Below, piece after piece: positions 29,506 to 38,810 of a DNA stretch of 64,000 bases (its first letter is position 1; the number at the start of each line of letters is the position of its first letter). The notes under the pieces were generated by a model, which was given only the letters and a program-made list of their open reading frames with translations, was not told the origin of the DNA and searched no databases. Source of the DNA: an uncultured Acidobacteriota bacterium (GTDB taxonomy: Bacteria; Acidobacteriota; Thermoanaerobaculia; Gp7-AA8); the NCBI GenBank assembly GCA_963741955.1, contig CAVUKB010000007.1, positions 64,001 to 128,000 of the forward strand, given 5' to 3'. The position numbers and the translations under genes were made by a program.

Positions 29506-30282
29506 CTACCCTGGCGGCGCACCGGCCACGCCGAATCCGAACTTCCGGAAAGTCGCCGCCGACGCCGGAGACCGCAGCCAGGCCAGGAAGCGGCGTGCTG
29601 CTTCGGGACGGTCGGATCTCTCGACGACCGCGGCCGGGTAGACGATCGATGGTGAATCTGCGGGCGGAACCTCGAACGCGATGACCACCCTCGAGGAAAG
29701 GATCGCATCGGTCCGGTAGACCATTCCCGCGTCCACCGCGCCCCACTCGACCGCTGCGAGCGCGGCTCTGACGTTCACCGCGGGGACGACGCGCGGCGCG
29801 ACATCGTTCCAGATCCCGGCTGTCTCCAGAGCCTTGCGTGCGTAGACTCCGGCGGGAACGACGGACGGATCCGCGAGGGCGATGCGCCGGAACTGCTGAG
29901 CGGCGAGCTGGCGCAGCGCGTCGAGGTGTGTCGCACGGTCGCCCGGAACGATCACCACCAGCGAATTGGAGAGGAGATCGATGCGGGAGGATGCGTCGAT
30001 GAGGCCTTTCGCGGCGAGAGCGTCCATGCGCGCCTCGTCGGCCGGAAGAAAGACGTCCGCGCGCGCACCGTGCTCGATCTGAAGCTGAAGCGCATTCGAG
30101 CCGGCGAGATCGAGAACCACCCGCTCTCCGGGGTTCGCCTTCTCGTATCCGGCGGCGATCTCCTTCATCGCGTCGGTCAGACTCGATGCCGCGAGCACGT
30201 GCACCTCGGATGGGCGGCACGCTGCTGCGGTGAGAAGGGATACGACGAGAAGGAGACGCAACGTATCTCGCCACGACGGCAT
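29506..30282 (-). CDS. modA: Molybdate ABC transporter substrate-binding protein
   Basis: AASSL, AGSNAL, VPAGVYA, NVRAAL, DAGMVYRTD and IVYPAA motifs. Confidence 0.93.
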   Translation of the reverse strand: MPSWRDTLRLLLVVSLLTAAACRPSEVHVLAASSLTDAMKEIAAGYEKANPGERVVLDLAGSNALQLQIEHGARADVFLPADEARMDALAAKGLIDASSRIDLLSNSLVVIVPGDRATHLDALRQLAAQQFRRIALADPSVVPAGVYARKALETAGIWNDVAPRVVPAVNVRAALAAVEWGAVDAGMVYRTDAILSSRVVIAFEVPPADSPSIVYPAAVVERSDRPEAARRFLAWLRSPASAATFRKFGFGVAGAPPG

Positions 30283-30316
30283 TGCCGTATTCTACCGGAC
30301 GGCTGCGAACGGGTGG

Positions 30317-30568
30317 TCAGGCGAGCTCGCGGAGTCCTTCTTCAGTATCCGGAAGGATCTCGTTGCGACGGTCCAGGCGCGTCGCGATCCAGGCGCCGTC
30401 CCGTCGCTCCACCTCGATGTAGATCGATTTCCACGGCCCGTCCGGAACGTTCTCACCGTAGCCGAAGCGCCGCCCCCTCCACTGTTCCTCGCTGATACCG
30501 CGATTGCGCAGCGACTCTTCCGCCATCTCGAACACTTCAGGCGCTCCCTTGTGATTACATCCGCTCAT
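30317..30568 (-). CDS. Small hypothetical protein (83 aa)
   Basis: Protein-like ORF MSGCNHKGAPEVFE... after AGGA; fills the gap upstream of modA. Confidence 0.6.
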   Translation of the reverse strand: MSGCNHKGAPEVFEMAEESLRNRGISEEQWRGRRFGYGENVPDGPWKSIYIEVERRDGAWIATRLDRRNEILPDTEEGLRELA

Positions 30569-30613
30569 TTCTCGATTCCTTCTGATGCTTTCGCGTTTTC
30601 GGACGACCATCGG

Positions 30614-30688
30614 GGGACCATTCACGGGACTTCTGCTGCGGAGCGCGATCCGGACCCGTCTGCGGTGTCAGACCGTGAATAATCCGGG
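30614..30688. repeat. MITE family C copy
   Basis: GGACCATTCACGGGACTTCTGCTGCGGAGCGCGATCCGG...CCGTGAATAATCCGGG-TTAA. Confidence 0.7.
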
Positions 30689-30792
30689 TTAACATCCGCC
30701 GTTCGCGTAGAAATTCGTCCGTCCCCTGAGCGCGCGGCTCTCCATGAAATGGAAACATCGCTCCAATCCGTTCCCTCAATCCGAGGTCATCG

Positions 30793-32715
30793 ATGAAACT
30801 GGAATTCCGGAGTCGCACCGTTCCTGTCGCGATGCTCGCCGCGCTGTCTCTCGTCGCGGCCTGCTCGACGGGCGTGCAGACGAGTCCCGCCGCCGCGCCG
30901 CCTCAACCCCTCACTCGGGCGCCGCTCGCTCGCGACGTTCACTCGTTCTCGAATCCGGCCGACGTCGTGGTCCGGCATCTCTCGCTCGATCTGAACGTTC
31001 GCTTCGCATCCCGGCGGCTGGCCGGAACGGCAGTTCTGACCATCGAGAACCTCACCGGAGCCGGCCACATCACTCTCGATACACGCGACCTCGACATCCG
31101 CAACGTGACGCTCGGCGAAGACGGCGAACCGACCCGCTACACGGTGGGGCAATCCGTTCCGTACCTCGGGCAGCCGCTCCGCATCGACATCCTTCCAGGG
31201 ACGAAGCTGGTGAAGATCGAATACGCGACGCAGCCCGACGCGGAAGCGCTCCAGTGGCTCACGCCGGAGCAGACCGCCGGAAAGAAGTCGCCGTTTCTCT
31301 TCACCCAGTCCCAGGCGATACTCGCGCGCAGCTGGGTACCGCTGCAGGACACGCCGAAAGTGCACATCACCTACGACGCGACCATTCACGTCACGCCCGG
31401 ACTGATGGCGGTGATGAGTGCCGGAGGAAATCCGATCCGCACATCGCCGGACGGGGTCTATCACTTCGACATGCCGGAGCCGATACCCTCGTATCTCCTC
31501 GCGCTGGCGGTTGGTGATCTCGAGTTCCGCCCCTTCGACGCGAGGAGCGGCGTGTACGCGGAGCCGGAGGTGATCGAAAAGGCGGCGTGGGAGCTCGCCG
31601 AGACGCCGGAAATGATCTCCGCCGCGGAACGGATGTGGGGTCCGTACCGATGGGGACGTTACGATGTTCTGGTTCTTCCACCGAGCTTTCCCTGGGGTGG
31701 GATGGAGAATCCACGCCTCACGTTCGTGACCCCCACCATCCTCGCCGGCGATCGTTCTCTCGTCTCGCTCATCGCTCACGAGCTCGCGCATTCATGGTCG
31801 GGGAATCTCGTGACCAACGCGACGTGGGACGACTTCTGGCTCAACGAAGGATTCACGACGTATCTCGAGCGCCGGATCATGGAAGACCTCCACGGTTCCG
31901 ACTACAGCGCGATGCTGGCAGCGCTCGGGAGAGAGAATCTCGACCAGACCATCACCCAATACGAAACCGACACCGCCGACACACGGCTCCACCTCGAGCT
32001 CGAGGGCCGCGATCCCGATGACGGGATGAGCGACATCGCGTACGAGAAGGGGTACCTCTTTCTCCGATCGATCGAGGAGACCGTCGGGCGGCCCCGTTTC
32101 GACGCATTTCTTCGCCGCTATTTCGACACGTTCGCATTCCAGTCGATGGACACCGCACATTTCCTCGCCTGGCTGCGCGAGGACCTCGTGCGGGGTGACA
32201 CCGCTCTCGAGGCGAAGCTCCGGATCCACGACTGGGTCTACGAGCCGGGGCTTCCCGCAGGAGCGCCGGTCATCGACTCCGTCCGTTTCGATGCCGTCGA
32301 TCGCGCCATCGACGCCTTCGAGCGCGGAGCCGCACCGGAGTCTCTCGACGGCTCCCGGTGGAGCAGTCTCGAATGGGTGTACTTCATCCGCAACCTTCCC
32401 GCGCCGCTGACCGTCGACCGGATGAAGGAGCTCGACGCCGCATTCCATTTCACGGGATCGGGCAATTCGGAGATTCTCTTCGCCTGGCTGATGCGGGCAG
32501 TCGACGCGCACTACAAGGCTGCGTATCCGGCGCTCGAATCGTTTCTCGAGAGGATGGGACGACGGCAGTTCGTCGACGCGCTCTATCGGGAGCTGATCAG
32601 AACGCCGGAAGGGAAGAAGATCGCGTTCGCGGTCTATCGAAAGGCCCGACCGGGATACCACATCATCACCCGGCAGTCGCTCGACGAGATTCTCGACTGG
32701 AAGCCGGGGAGCTGA
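30793..32715 (+). CDS. M1 aminopeptidase (leukotriene A4 hydrolase-like), probable lipoprotein
   Basis: Lipobox VAAC, GGMEN, HELAH...WLNEG, YEKG, LTA4H-type C-terminal domain. Confidence 0.93.
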   Translation: MKLEFRSRTVPVAMLAALSLVAACSTGVQTSPAAAPPQPLTRAPLARDVHSFSNPADVVVRHLSLDLNVRFASRRLAGTAVLTIENLTGAGHITLDTRDLDIRNVTLGEDGEPTRYTVGQSVPYLGQPLRIDILPGTKLVKIEYATQPDAEALQWLTPEQTAGKKSPFLFTQSQAILARSWVPLQDTPKVHITYDATIHVTPGLMAVMSAGGNPIRTSPDGVYHFDMPEPIPSYLLALAVGDLEFRPFDARSGVYAEPEVIEKAAWELAETPEMISAAERMWGPYRWGRYDVLVLPPSFPWGGMENPRLTFVTPTILAGDRSLVSLIAHELAHSWSGNLVTNATWDDFWLNEGFTTYLERRIMEDLHGSDYSAMLAALGRENLDQTITQYETDTADTRLHLELEGRDPDDGMSDIAYEKGYLFLRSIEETVGRPRFDAFLRRYFDTFAFQSMDTAHFLAWLREDLVRGDTALEAKLRIHDWVYEPGLPAGAPVIDSVRFDAVDRAIDAFERGAAPESLDGSRWSSLEWVYFIRNLPAPLTVDRMKELDAAFHFTGSGNSEILFAWLMRAVDAHYKAAYPALESFLERMGRRQFVDALYRELIRTPEGKKIAFAVYRKARPGYHIITRQSLDEILDWKPGS

Positions 32716-32797
32716 CCAGACAGGGACCTGTGCGGACCGAGCCGCGCCTGTCGCGGCCGGGCTTGCCTGACAGTGTGGCTGATCGCATCATCGTCGT

Positions 32798-33661
32798 ATG
32801 AAGCCGAAGAGTGTGGCAGCGGTGGTCGAAGGCCGTCCGACCCGGGAAGGCGCCGGGTTTCTGGTGCATCGCCCCTTCCCGGGGCCGGAGCTCGACTGGT
32901 TCGATCCGTTCCTTCTTCTCGACGAGATGGGTCCGATGGATCTCGCTCCGGGTGAGGCGAAGGGCGCGCCGGACCACCCGCATCGCGGATTCGAGACGGT
33001 CACCTACATGATTGCCGGAGAGATGGAGCACGGCGATTCCGCCGGCCACTCGGGAAAGATCGCGCCCGGCGACGTGCAGTGGATGACCGCAGGAGCGGGA
33101 GTGGTGCACTCGGAGATGCCCTCTTCGCGCATCCTGCGTGAAGGCGGGCGGATGCATGGCTTCCAGCTGTGGGTGAATCTCCCGAAGAGCGACAAGATGA
33201 TGGCACCGCGTTATCAGGAGGTTCCCGGCACGAAGATCCCGGAGGCGGAGGGCGACGGCATCCGAGTCAGGGTGATTGCCGGCGAAGCGCTCGGCGCAAG
33301 TGCGGTGATCGACACCCGGACGCCGATCGCGTTCATGCATTTCACGCTCGAACCAGGCGCCACCCTCACTCAGCCGGTTCCCTCCGGCTACGAGGTCTTC
33401 GCCTACGTCTTCGACGGAGAAGGGATCTTCGGAGAGGAGCACGTCGGAAGAGGGAGGATGGTGGTCTTCACGGACGACGGCGACGCAGTGGTCGTCAACG
33501 CTGCAAAAGGGTCAGATCTCCAGTTTCTTCTGATTGGCGGAGTTCCGATCCGGGAGCCGGTTGCCCGTTACGGCCCCTTCGTCATGAATTACAAGGCGGA
33601 GATTCTGCAGGCGATCGACGACTATCAGAATGGACGGATGGGGAGGATCGAGCCGGCTTGA
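32798..33661 (+). CDS. Pirin-family protein
   Basis: DPFLLLD, HPHRGFETVT, MTAGAGVVHSE and YGPFVMN motifs. Confidence 0.95.
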   Translation: MKPKSVAAVVEGRPTREGAGFLVHRPFPGPELDWFDPFLLLDEMGPMDLAPGEAKGAPDHPHRGFETVTYMIAGEMEHGDSAGHSGKIAPGDVQWMTAGAGVVHSEMPSSRILREGGRMHGFQLWVNLPKSDKMMAPRYQEVPGTKIPEAEGDGIRVRVIAGEALGASAVIDTRTPIAFMHFTLEPGATLTQPVPSGYEVFAYVFDGEGIFGEEHVGRGRMVVFTDDGDAVVVNAAKGSDLQFLLIGGVPIREPVARYGPFVMNYKAEILQAIDDYQNGRMGRIEPA

Positions 33662-33733
33662 AGTTTCACCTCGCGGCGGGAACGTACGGCTTCCGGATTT
33701 CCGCCGCCCGCGACCAGAAACGCAACCCCCGAC

Positions 33734-35266
33734 TCACTGCGGAAGAGTGAACCAGAAGGTCGCCCCTTCATTCGGAGATCCGCTCGCTCGCACGCTGCCT
33801 CCGTGAAGATTGACGATCCGCTGCACCGTCGCCAGCCCGATGCCGCTCCCGCTGAACTCTTTCTCCGAGTGTAGTCTCTGGAACGGAGCGAAGAGGCGGT
33901 CGGCACGTGCGGGCTCGAATCCGGCGCCGTTGTCCCGTACGAAGATCCCGACCTCCGTCTTTTCTTCCCGTTCCATTCCGAGCTCGATCCGCGCCTGTTC
34001 GCGCTTCGACGTGAATTTCCAGGCGTTTCGAATCAGGTTCTCGAGCACGATCCGGAGCAGTCCGGGATCGCCGCGGACCCACAGATCTGCAGGCAGCACG
34101 ATCTCGACCTCCCGTTCCGGCTCCTGACTCCTGACGTCCGTGACGATCTGCTTCGCGAGCGGAACCAGATCGACGGCGCTCGCGGCCAGAGGCGTCCGCG
34201 TGATGCGAGACAGACGAAGAAGATCTTCGATCAGCTCGTTCATCCGTACCGCGCCCTCGTGGATCCGTTGCAGGTAATCGCGTCCGGTCGCGTCGAGCGA
34301 ATCGCCATACTCCAGCACCATCAGATCGGAGAAACCCTGGATACGGGTTATCGGGGCCTGAAGGTCGTGGGAGACCGAGTACGAGAACGCCTCCAGCTCC
34401 TCGTTCGCGCTCCGCAGCCGTCGTTCTCTCGACTCCAGATCGCGGAACAGGAGGTCATAGGGCCGTTCGATCCCCGTGGCAATCACCGCACGGTAAATCA
34501 GCACCATCGCGACCAGCTTCAGAAGATGTCCGATCGTGTTCCAGAGCCCGTAGACGTCGACATACAGGGTGAACGCCAGCTCCGAGACGACCAGGGTGAG
34601 GATCGCCGTGATCAGGAGTGCCGAGATCTCCGGCGGAAAGACATCCCTCTTCCGGTAAAGCCCGACCGCACCCAGAGCCAGCAGGAGGGAGATCACGTAC
34701 TCTGCGATCACCTTGAATTCCGTGAGCCCCTTTCCCGGGACGTAGCACGCGGGAAACACGCCCGCGAAGATGGTGATCAGAAGGAAGAGTGCCGCCGCGA
34801 GAGACGCGGTGAGCGCCCAGGGTCCCCGAAGCCGCCGGGAAATGAACAGCGGAGCGACCGCGATCGCGACTGCTTCGATCGCGCGTCCGGCGATCCAGAG
34901 CTGAGTCGGGAGGTCGGCAGACCGGGAGGGGAACACGCCCATCCCTTCGTACGCGAGCGTGTGCAGCAGATCGATCAACCCCACTCCGAGGAAAGCGCAC
35001 CCGATCAGGAGGAGGTAGTGCTCCGTGACGTAGTGTCTCGAATGCCACGCGATCGCGAAGATCCCGGTGGCGACGACAATGCTGAAAAGTTCCACGATGC
35101 TGTGGAAAAGAAGATAGCTGACCAGGTTGGTCGCGGCGATTGCGATGAGCGCCGCCGCAACCCCGACCACCGTCCCGATCGTCCGCACCGAACCCCGCTG
35201 CGTGCGTTCGGGAGAGGTACGAGATTGGGATCCCGAAAGTGATTCGGTCGAAGTGGTCAAGTTCAC
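33734..35266 (-). CDS. MASE3-domain sensor histidine kinase
   Basis: LFHSIVELFS, DLLHTLAY, QLWIAGR; FSYSVSHDL H-box; NAWKF, DNGAG and GIGL boxes. Confidence 0.92.
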   Translation of the reverse strand: MNLTTSTESLSGSQSRTSPERTQRGSVRTIGTVVGVAAALIAIAATNLVSYLLFHSIVELFSIVVATGIFAIAWHSRHYVTEHYLLLIGCAFLGVGLIDLLHTLAYEGMGVFPSRSADLPTQLWIAGRAIEAVAIAVAPLFISRRLRGPWALTASLAAALFLLITIFAGVFPACYVPGKGLTEFKVIAEYVISLLLALGAVGLYRKRDVFPPEISALLITAILTLVVSELAFTLYVDVYGLWNTIGHLLKLVAMVLIYRAVIATGIERPYDLLFRDLESRERRLRSANEELEAFSYSVSHDLQAPITRIQGFSDLMVLEYGDSLDATGRDYLQRIHEGAVRMNELIEDLLRLSRITRTPLAASAVDLVPLAKQIVTDVRSQEPEREVEIVLPADLWVRGDPGLLRIVLENLIRNAWKFTSKREQARIELGMEREEKTEVGIFVRDNGAGFEPARADRLFAPFQRLHSEKEFSGSGIGLATVQRIVNLHGGSVRASGSPNEGATFWFTLPQ

Positions 35267-35296
35267 GGTCCTCCCGGGCGATTCTAGTCCTCAACC

Positions 35297-35455
35297 GATC
35301 CGCTTTCGCAGTAGGACAGTTTCTACCGCGCAGACTCCTAGCCCGGATTTCTCGCACCGTCTCGTCGGAAGGACGAGGGGAGCTCGAAGCAAGCGCAACG
35401 GCGACGGAGAGACCGCTCTCCGGCTCCGCAGCGGAGACGGCGTGAGGAATCCGGG
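35297..35455. repeat. Family A half-element joined through CTAG to a family D element
   Basis: 35297-35337 matches the reverse complement of 639-679; CTAG at 35338-35341; then CCCGGATTTCTCGCACCGTCTC...GAGACGGCGTGAGGAATCCGGG. Confidence 0.78.
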
Positions 35456-35469
35456 CTAAACTATCGCTC

Positions 35470-35856
35470 ATGCTCTGTCCGGTCTGTGCCTCCCCGCTGA
35501 TCGTCGTCGAGCGAAGCGGGATCGAGGTCGACTACTGCATTCGCTGCCACGGCCTCTGGTTCGACGCCGGTGAGATCGAGCTTCTGGCCTCGAAACTCGG
35601 CCTGGCGGAGCCGGACATGAAACTCCGGAAGGCGGAAACCACCGAGGCGGTTCGTCTCTGTCCGCGCTGCGACGCGAAGATGGGGAAGGTCGAGGTGGAA
35701 GGTCGGGCCATCGTGACACTCGACGCGTGTACCCGCGGGCACGGTTTCTGGTTCGACCGCGGCGAGCTGGGAGCTCTGTTCGAGACGGGCCAGCGCCAGG
35801 ATGCGTCGGTCCGTCACGCCGTGGTGACGTTTCTCGGAGAAGTCCTTGGCCGATGA
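35470..35856 (+). CDS. Tandem zf-TFIIB zinc-ribbon protein
   Basis: CPVC...DYCIRCHGLWFDAGE and CPRC...DACTRGHGFWFDRGE. Confidence 0.88.
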   Translation: MLCPVCASPLIVVERSGIEVDYCIRCHGLWFDAGEIELLASKLGLAEPDMKLRKAETTEAVRLCPRCDAKMGKVEVEGRAIVTLDACTRGHGFWFDRGELGALFETGQRQDASVRHAVVTFLGEVLGR

Positions 35857-35925
35857 AGGATGCAACCGGACGCGGCGTCCGACGTACAATGGAGTGATCC
35901 ACAATAAAGGATCGGAGGTGGCGAT

Positions 35926-36486
35926 TTGATCGCACTCGTCGTACTTCTCGTACTCGCCGTCATCGCGGTAGGCGTCGTGATGGCGTTTTACAACGGTCTG
36001 GTTCAGGCCAGGAACGAAGTGAAGAATTCCTGGAGCCAGATCGACGTCCAGCTGAACCGCCGGCACGATCTGATCCCGAATCTCGTGGAGACGGTCAAGG
36101 GCTACATGCACCATGAGAGGGAGACGCTCGAAGCCGTTACCAAGGCGCGCCAGCAGGCGATCCAGGTCTCCGGCTCGAACATCGAAGAGCGGGCGAAGGT
36201 GGAGAATCAGCTGAGCCAGACTCTCCGTTCTCTCTTCGCGGTGGCCGAGAGCTATCCCGACCTGAAGGCGAATCAGAACTTTCTCGCGTTGCAGGAAGAG
36301 TTGACCTCTACGGAAAACAAGATCAGCTTCGCGCGCCAGTATTACAACGATTCCGTGATGAGGCTGAACAACAAGACCGAGATGTTCCCGACCAACATCA
36401 TCGCCGGGATGTTCAACTTCAAGGCGGCGGAGTTCTTCCAGGTCGAGACTCCCGACATCCGTCAGGCCGTGAAGGTCCAGTTCTGA
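35926..36486 (+). CDS. lemA: LemA-family protein
   Basis: YNGLV...[34 protein letters not shown]. Confidence 0.96.
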   Translation: MIALVVLLVLAVIAVGVVMAFYNGLVQARNEVKNSWSQIDVQLNRRHDLIPNLVETVKGYMHHERETLEAVTKARQQAIQVSGSNIEERAKVENQLSQTLRSLFAVAESYPDLKANQNFLALQEELTSTENKISFARQYYNDSVMRLNNKTEMFPTNIIAGMFNFKAAEFFQVETPDIRQAVKVQF

Positions 36487-36499
36487 TCCTCCAACCGCG

Positions 36500-37774
36500 A
36501 TGACCAGTCAGGCTTCTCCCGCAGCGGGGCCGGCGCGCACGGCGCCGCCCGCCTCCATGTCGATGTTCGACCTCGTACGGTCGAATCAGCGCCGGACCGC
36601 CGTGCTCGTCGTGGTGATGGCGACCTTGATGTTCCTCCTCGGGTACGTGATGGCCGAGGCGGTGCAGCCTGGAGCCGGAATCCTCGGCTTTCTGTTCGCC
36701 CTGATCGTGTGGCTGGTCATGACCCTGGTGGCGTGGTTCAGCGGTGACCAGATCTTCCTCTCGCTCAGCCGCGCGAAGAAGATCGAGAAGAGCGATCATC
36801 CGGTCCTCTTCGACGTGGTGGAGGAGATGTGCGTCGCGTCCGGGATCGCGAAGATGCCGGACATCTACATCATCGACGACGCCGCGATGAACGCATTCGC
36901 GACCGGGCGCGACCCGAACCGCGCGTCGGTGGCGGTCACCGCCGGTCTGCTGCAAACGTTGAACAGGGACGAGCTGCAGGGAGTGCTCGGTCACGAGCTC
37001 GGACACGTCAGGAACCGGGACATTCTCTACCTGATGATGGCCGGGGTGATGGTCGGTACGATCGTGATGTTCGCCGACGTGGGGCTCCGCTTCTTCGGTT
37101 ACGGTGGATACACCCGCAGCGCTCCCCGGCGCTCGTCGAAGGACGGAGGACAGCTTCAGCTGATCATTCTGGTGGTGGCCATCCTCCTGATGATTCTCGC
37201 GCCGCTCCTCGCGCGCATTCTCTATCTCGCCATCTCCCGCCGTCGCGAATACCTCGCCGACGCATCGTCGGCCGTCTTCACCCGCTACCCGGAAGGACTC
37301 GCGAACGCTCTGGAGAAGATCGGCCATTCGACGGCGAAGCTCTCGCACACCACGCAGGCCATGGCTCCGATGTACCTGGTCAATCCGCTGAAGGTCACCG
37401 CGGCCGGGCTTTCAGACCTCTCCAGCACCCATCCGCCGATCTCGGAGCGCATCCGGATTCTCCGTTCGATGGGCTCGACGGCGGGCTTTCGGGAGTACGA
37501 CACCGCGTTCCGGCAGGTCACCGGTCGCGCGGTCGGTGTCGTGCCGTTCGCTGCGACCGCCACCGCCGGCGCGTCGGCTCCGACCCGCGAAGCCGCTCCC
37601 GGCCAGGGCCACCTCGAGCGCGTTCGCCAGGTCACCGATGCGCTCTGGAAGATCAACGACTTCGCGTTCATCGCGTGCGCCTGCGGCACGAACCTCAAGA
37701 TTCCGCCCGCCCTGAAGGGTCAGACCATCACATGTCCGCACTGCGGACGGACACACGTAGCCGGACAGAGTTGA
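36500..37774 (+). CDS. htpX: HtpX-like M48 zinc metalloprotease with C-terminal zinc ribbon
   Basis: NAFATG, HELGH, REYLAD, STHPP; CACG...CPHC tail. Confidence 0.88.
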   Translation: MTSQASPAAGPARTAPPASMSMFDLVRSNQRRTAVLVVVMATLMFLLGYVMAEAVQPGAGILGFLFALIVWLVMTLVAWFSGDQIFLSLSRAKKIEKSDHPVLFDVVEEMCVASGIAKMPDIYIIDDAAMNAFATGRDPNRASVAVTAGLLQTLNRDELQGVLGHELGHVRNRDILYLMMAGVMVGTIVMFADVGLRFFGYGGYTRSAPRRSSKDGGQLQLIILVVAILLMILAPLLARILYLAISRRREYLADASSAVFTRYPEGLANALEKIGHSTAKLSHTTQAMAPMYLVNPLKVTAAGLSDLSSTHPPISERIRILRSMGSTAGFREYDTAFRQVTGRAVGVVPFAATATAGASAPTREAAPGQGHLERVRQVTDALWKINDFAFIACACGTNLKIPPALKGQTITCPHCGRTHVAGQS

Positions 37775-37832
37775 CCTGGATCATTCACGGTATTTCGTCG
37801 CTCCGCATCAGAAGCCCCGTGAAGAGTCCGGG
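37775..37832. mobile_element. 58-bp minimal MITE family C with TTGA duplication
   Basis: CCTGGATCATTCACGG...CCGTGAAGAGTCCGGG, flanked by TTGA at 37771-37774 and 37833-37836. Confidence 0.72.
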
Positions 37833-37981
37833 TTGAACGTCGACGGTCGATGGTCGTCGAACGTACAACCGTCCAACTGACCGGATGGAACCTCACCGAC
37901 GGTTCACACGGATTCGCCCTTGCTGAGCGAGCCCGGGACCGGCACTCCCAACCTGCGACCCGTGTCGCATACAATCGCCCG

Positions 37982-38638
37982 ATGAAAGAAAGCTTCCTCC
38001 ACGCCCGTCAGCGTGTCTGGCAGTGCGCAACGCGCATGTGGCGAGCGGGTCTGGTGGTCGGCTCCGCAGGCAACATCAGTATGCGAATTCCGGAGGAGCC
38101 GGGGCTCGCGGCCGTGACGCCCACCGCCATCGAGTACGAGTTCATGCGTGCAGAGGAGGTCGGGATCGTGCGGATCGAGGATGGTGCGGTGGTCGACGCG
38201 ATCTGCGGTCCGACCAGCGAGATGCCGATGCACCTCGCGGTGCTCCGTGCGAGAGCGGACCTCGGCGCGATCGTCCACACCCACTCGCCATACGTATCGG
38301 TGCTCTCGGTGCTGCGCAAGCCGCTGCCGCCGGTGATCGACGAGATGGTGCTCTACTTCGGAGGTACGGTCGAAGTCGCGGAATACGCGGTGGCCGGAAG
38401 TGAGGAGCTCGGTGAAAATGTCGTTCGGGCTCTCGGGGAGAGCAGCTCCGTCATTCTCGCGAATCACGGAAACGTCTGCACCGGATCCGACCTCGACGAA
38501 GCTCTCCACGTGGCGATCTCGATGGAATCGTGCGCCCGCGTCTACGTCGAAGCGATGAGGAGCGGCGAACCGGTGGTGCTCCCGGAAGCGGCGATCAGGC
38601 GGCTTCGGGCGCTTCACGAGAGTCGTCGCCGCGGGTGA
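37982..38638 (+). CDS. Class II aldolase/adducin-family protein (FucA-like)
   Basis: GNIS, TPT, PTSEMPMH, HTHS and ANHG motifs. Confidence 0.92.
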   Translation: MKESFLHARQRVWQCATRMWRAGLVVGSAGNISMRIPEEPGLAAVTPTAIEYEFMRAEEVGIVRIEDGAVVDAICGPTSEMPMHLAVLRARADLGAIVHTHSPYVSVLSVLRKPLPPVIDEMVLYFGGTVEVAEYAVAGSEELGENVVRALGESSSVILANHGNVCTGSDLDEALHVAISMESCARVYVEAMRSGEPVVLPEAAIRRLRALHESRRRG

Positions 38639-38810
38639 TCCGTCCGTGAAGCCGGACTCGGGAATCTGAATCGGTGAGGGAGAATCCGTTCGCAACCTTT
38701 CCGCATTGCCGACCGTATACACCATGGAACATAGGTTCTCTCTCCCTCAATCGGGCGCGGGCCGAACGGTCCGCGCCCCCCTCTGAACTCCACGCAGTCA
38801 GGAGAATGGT

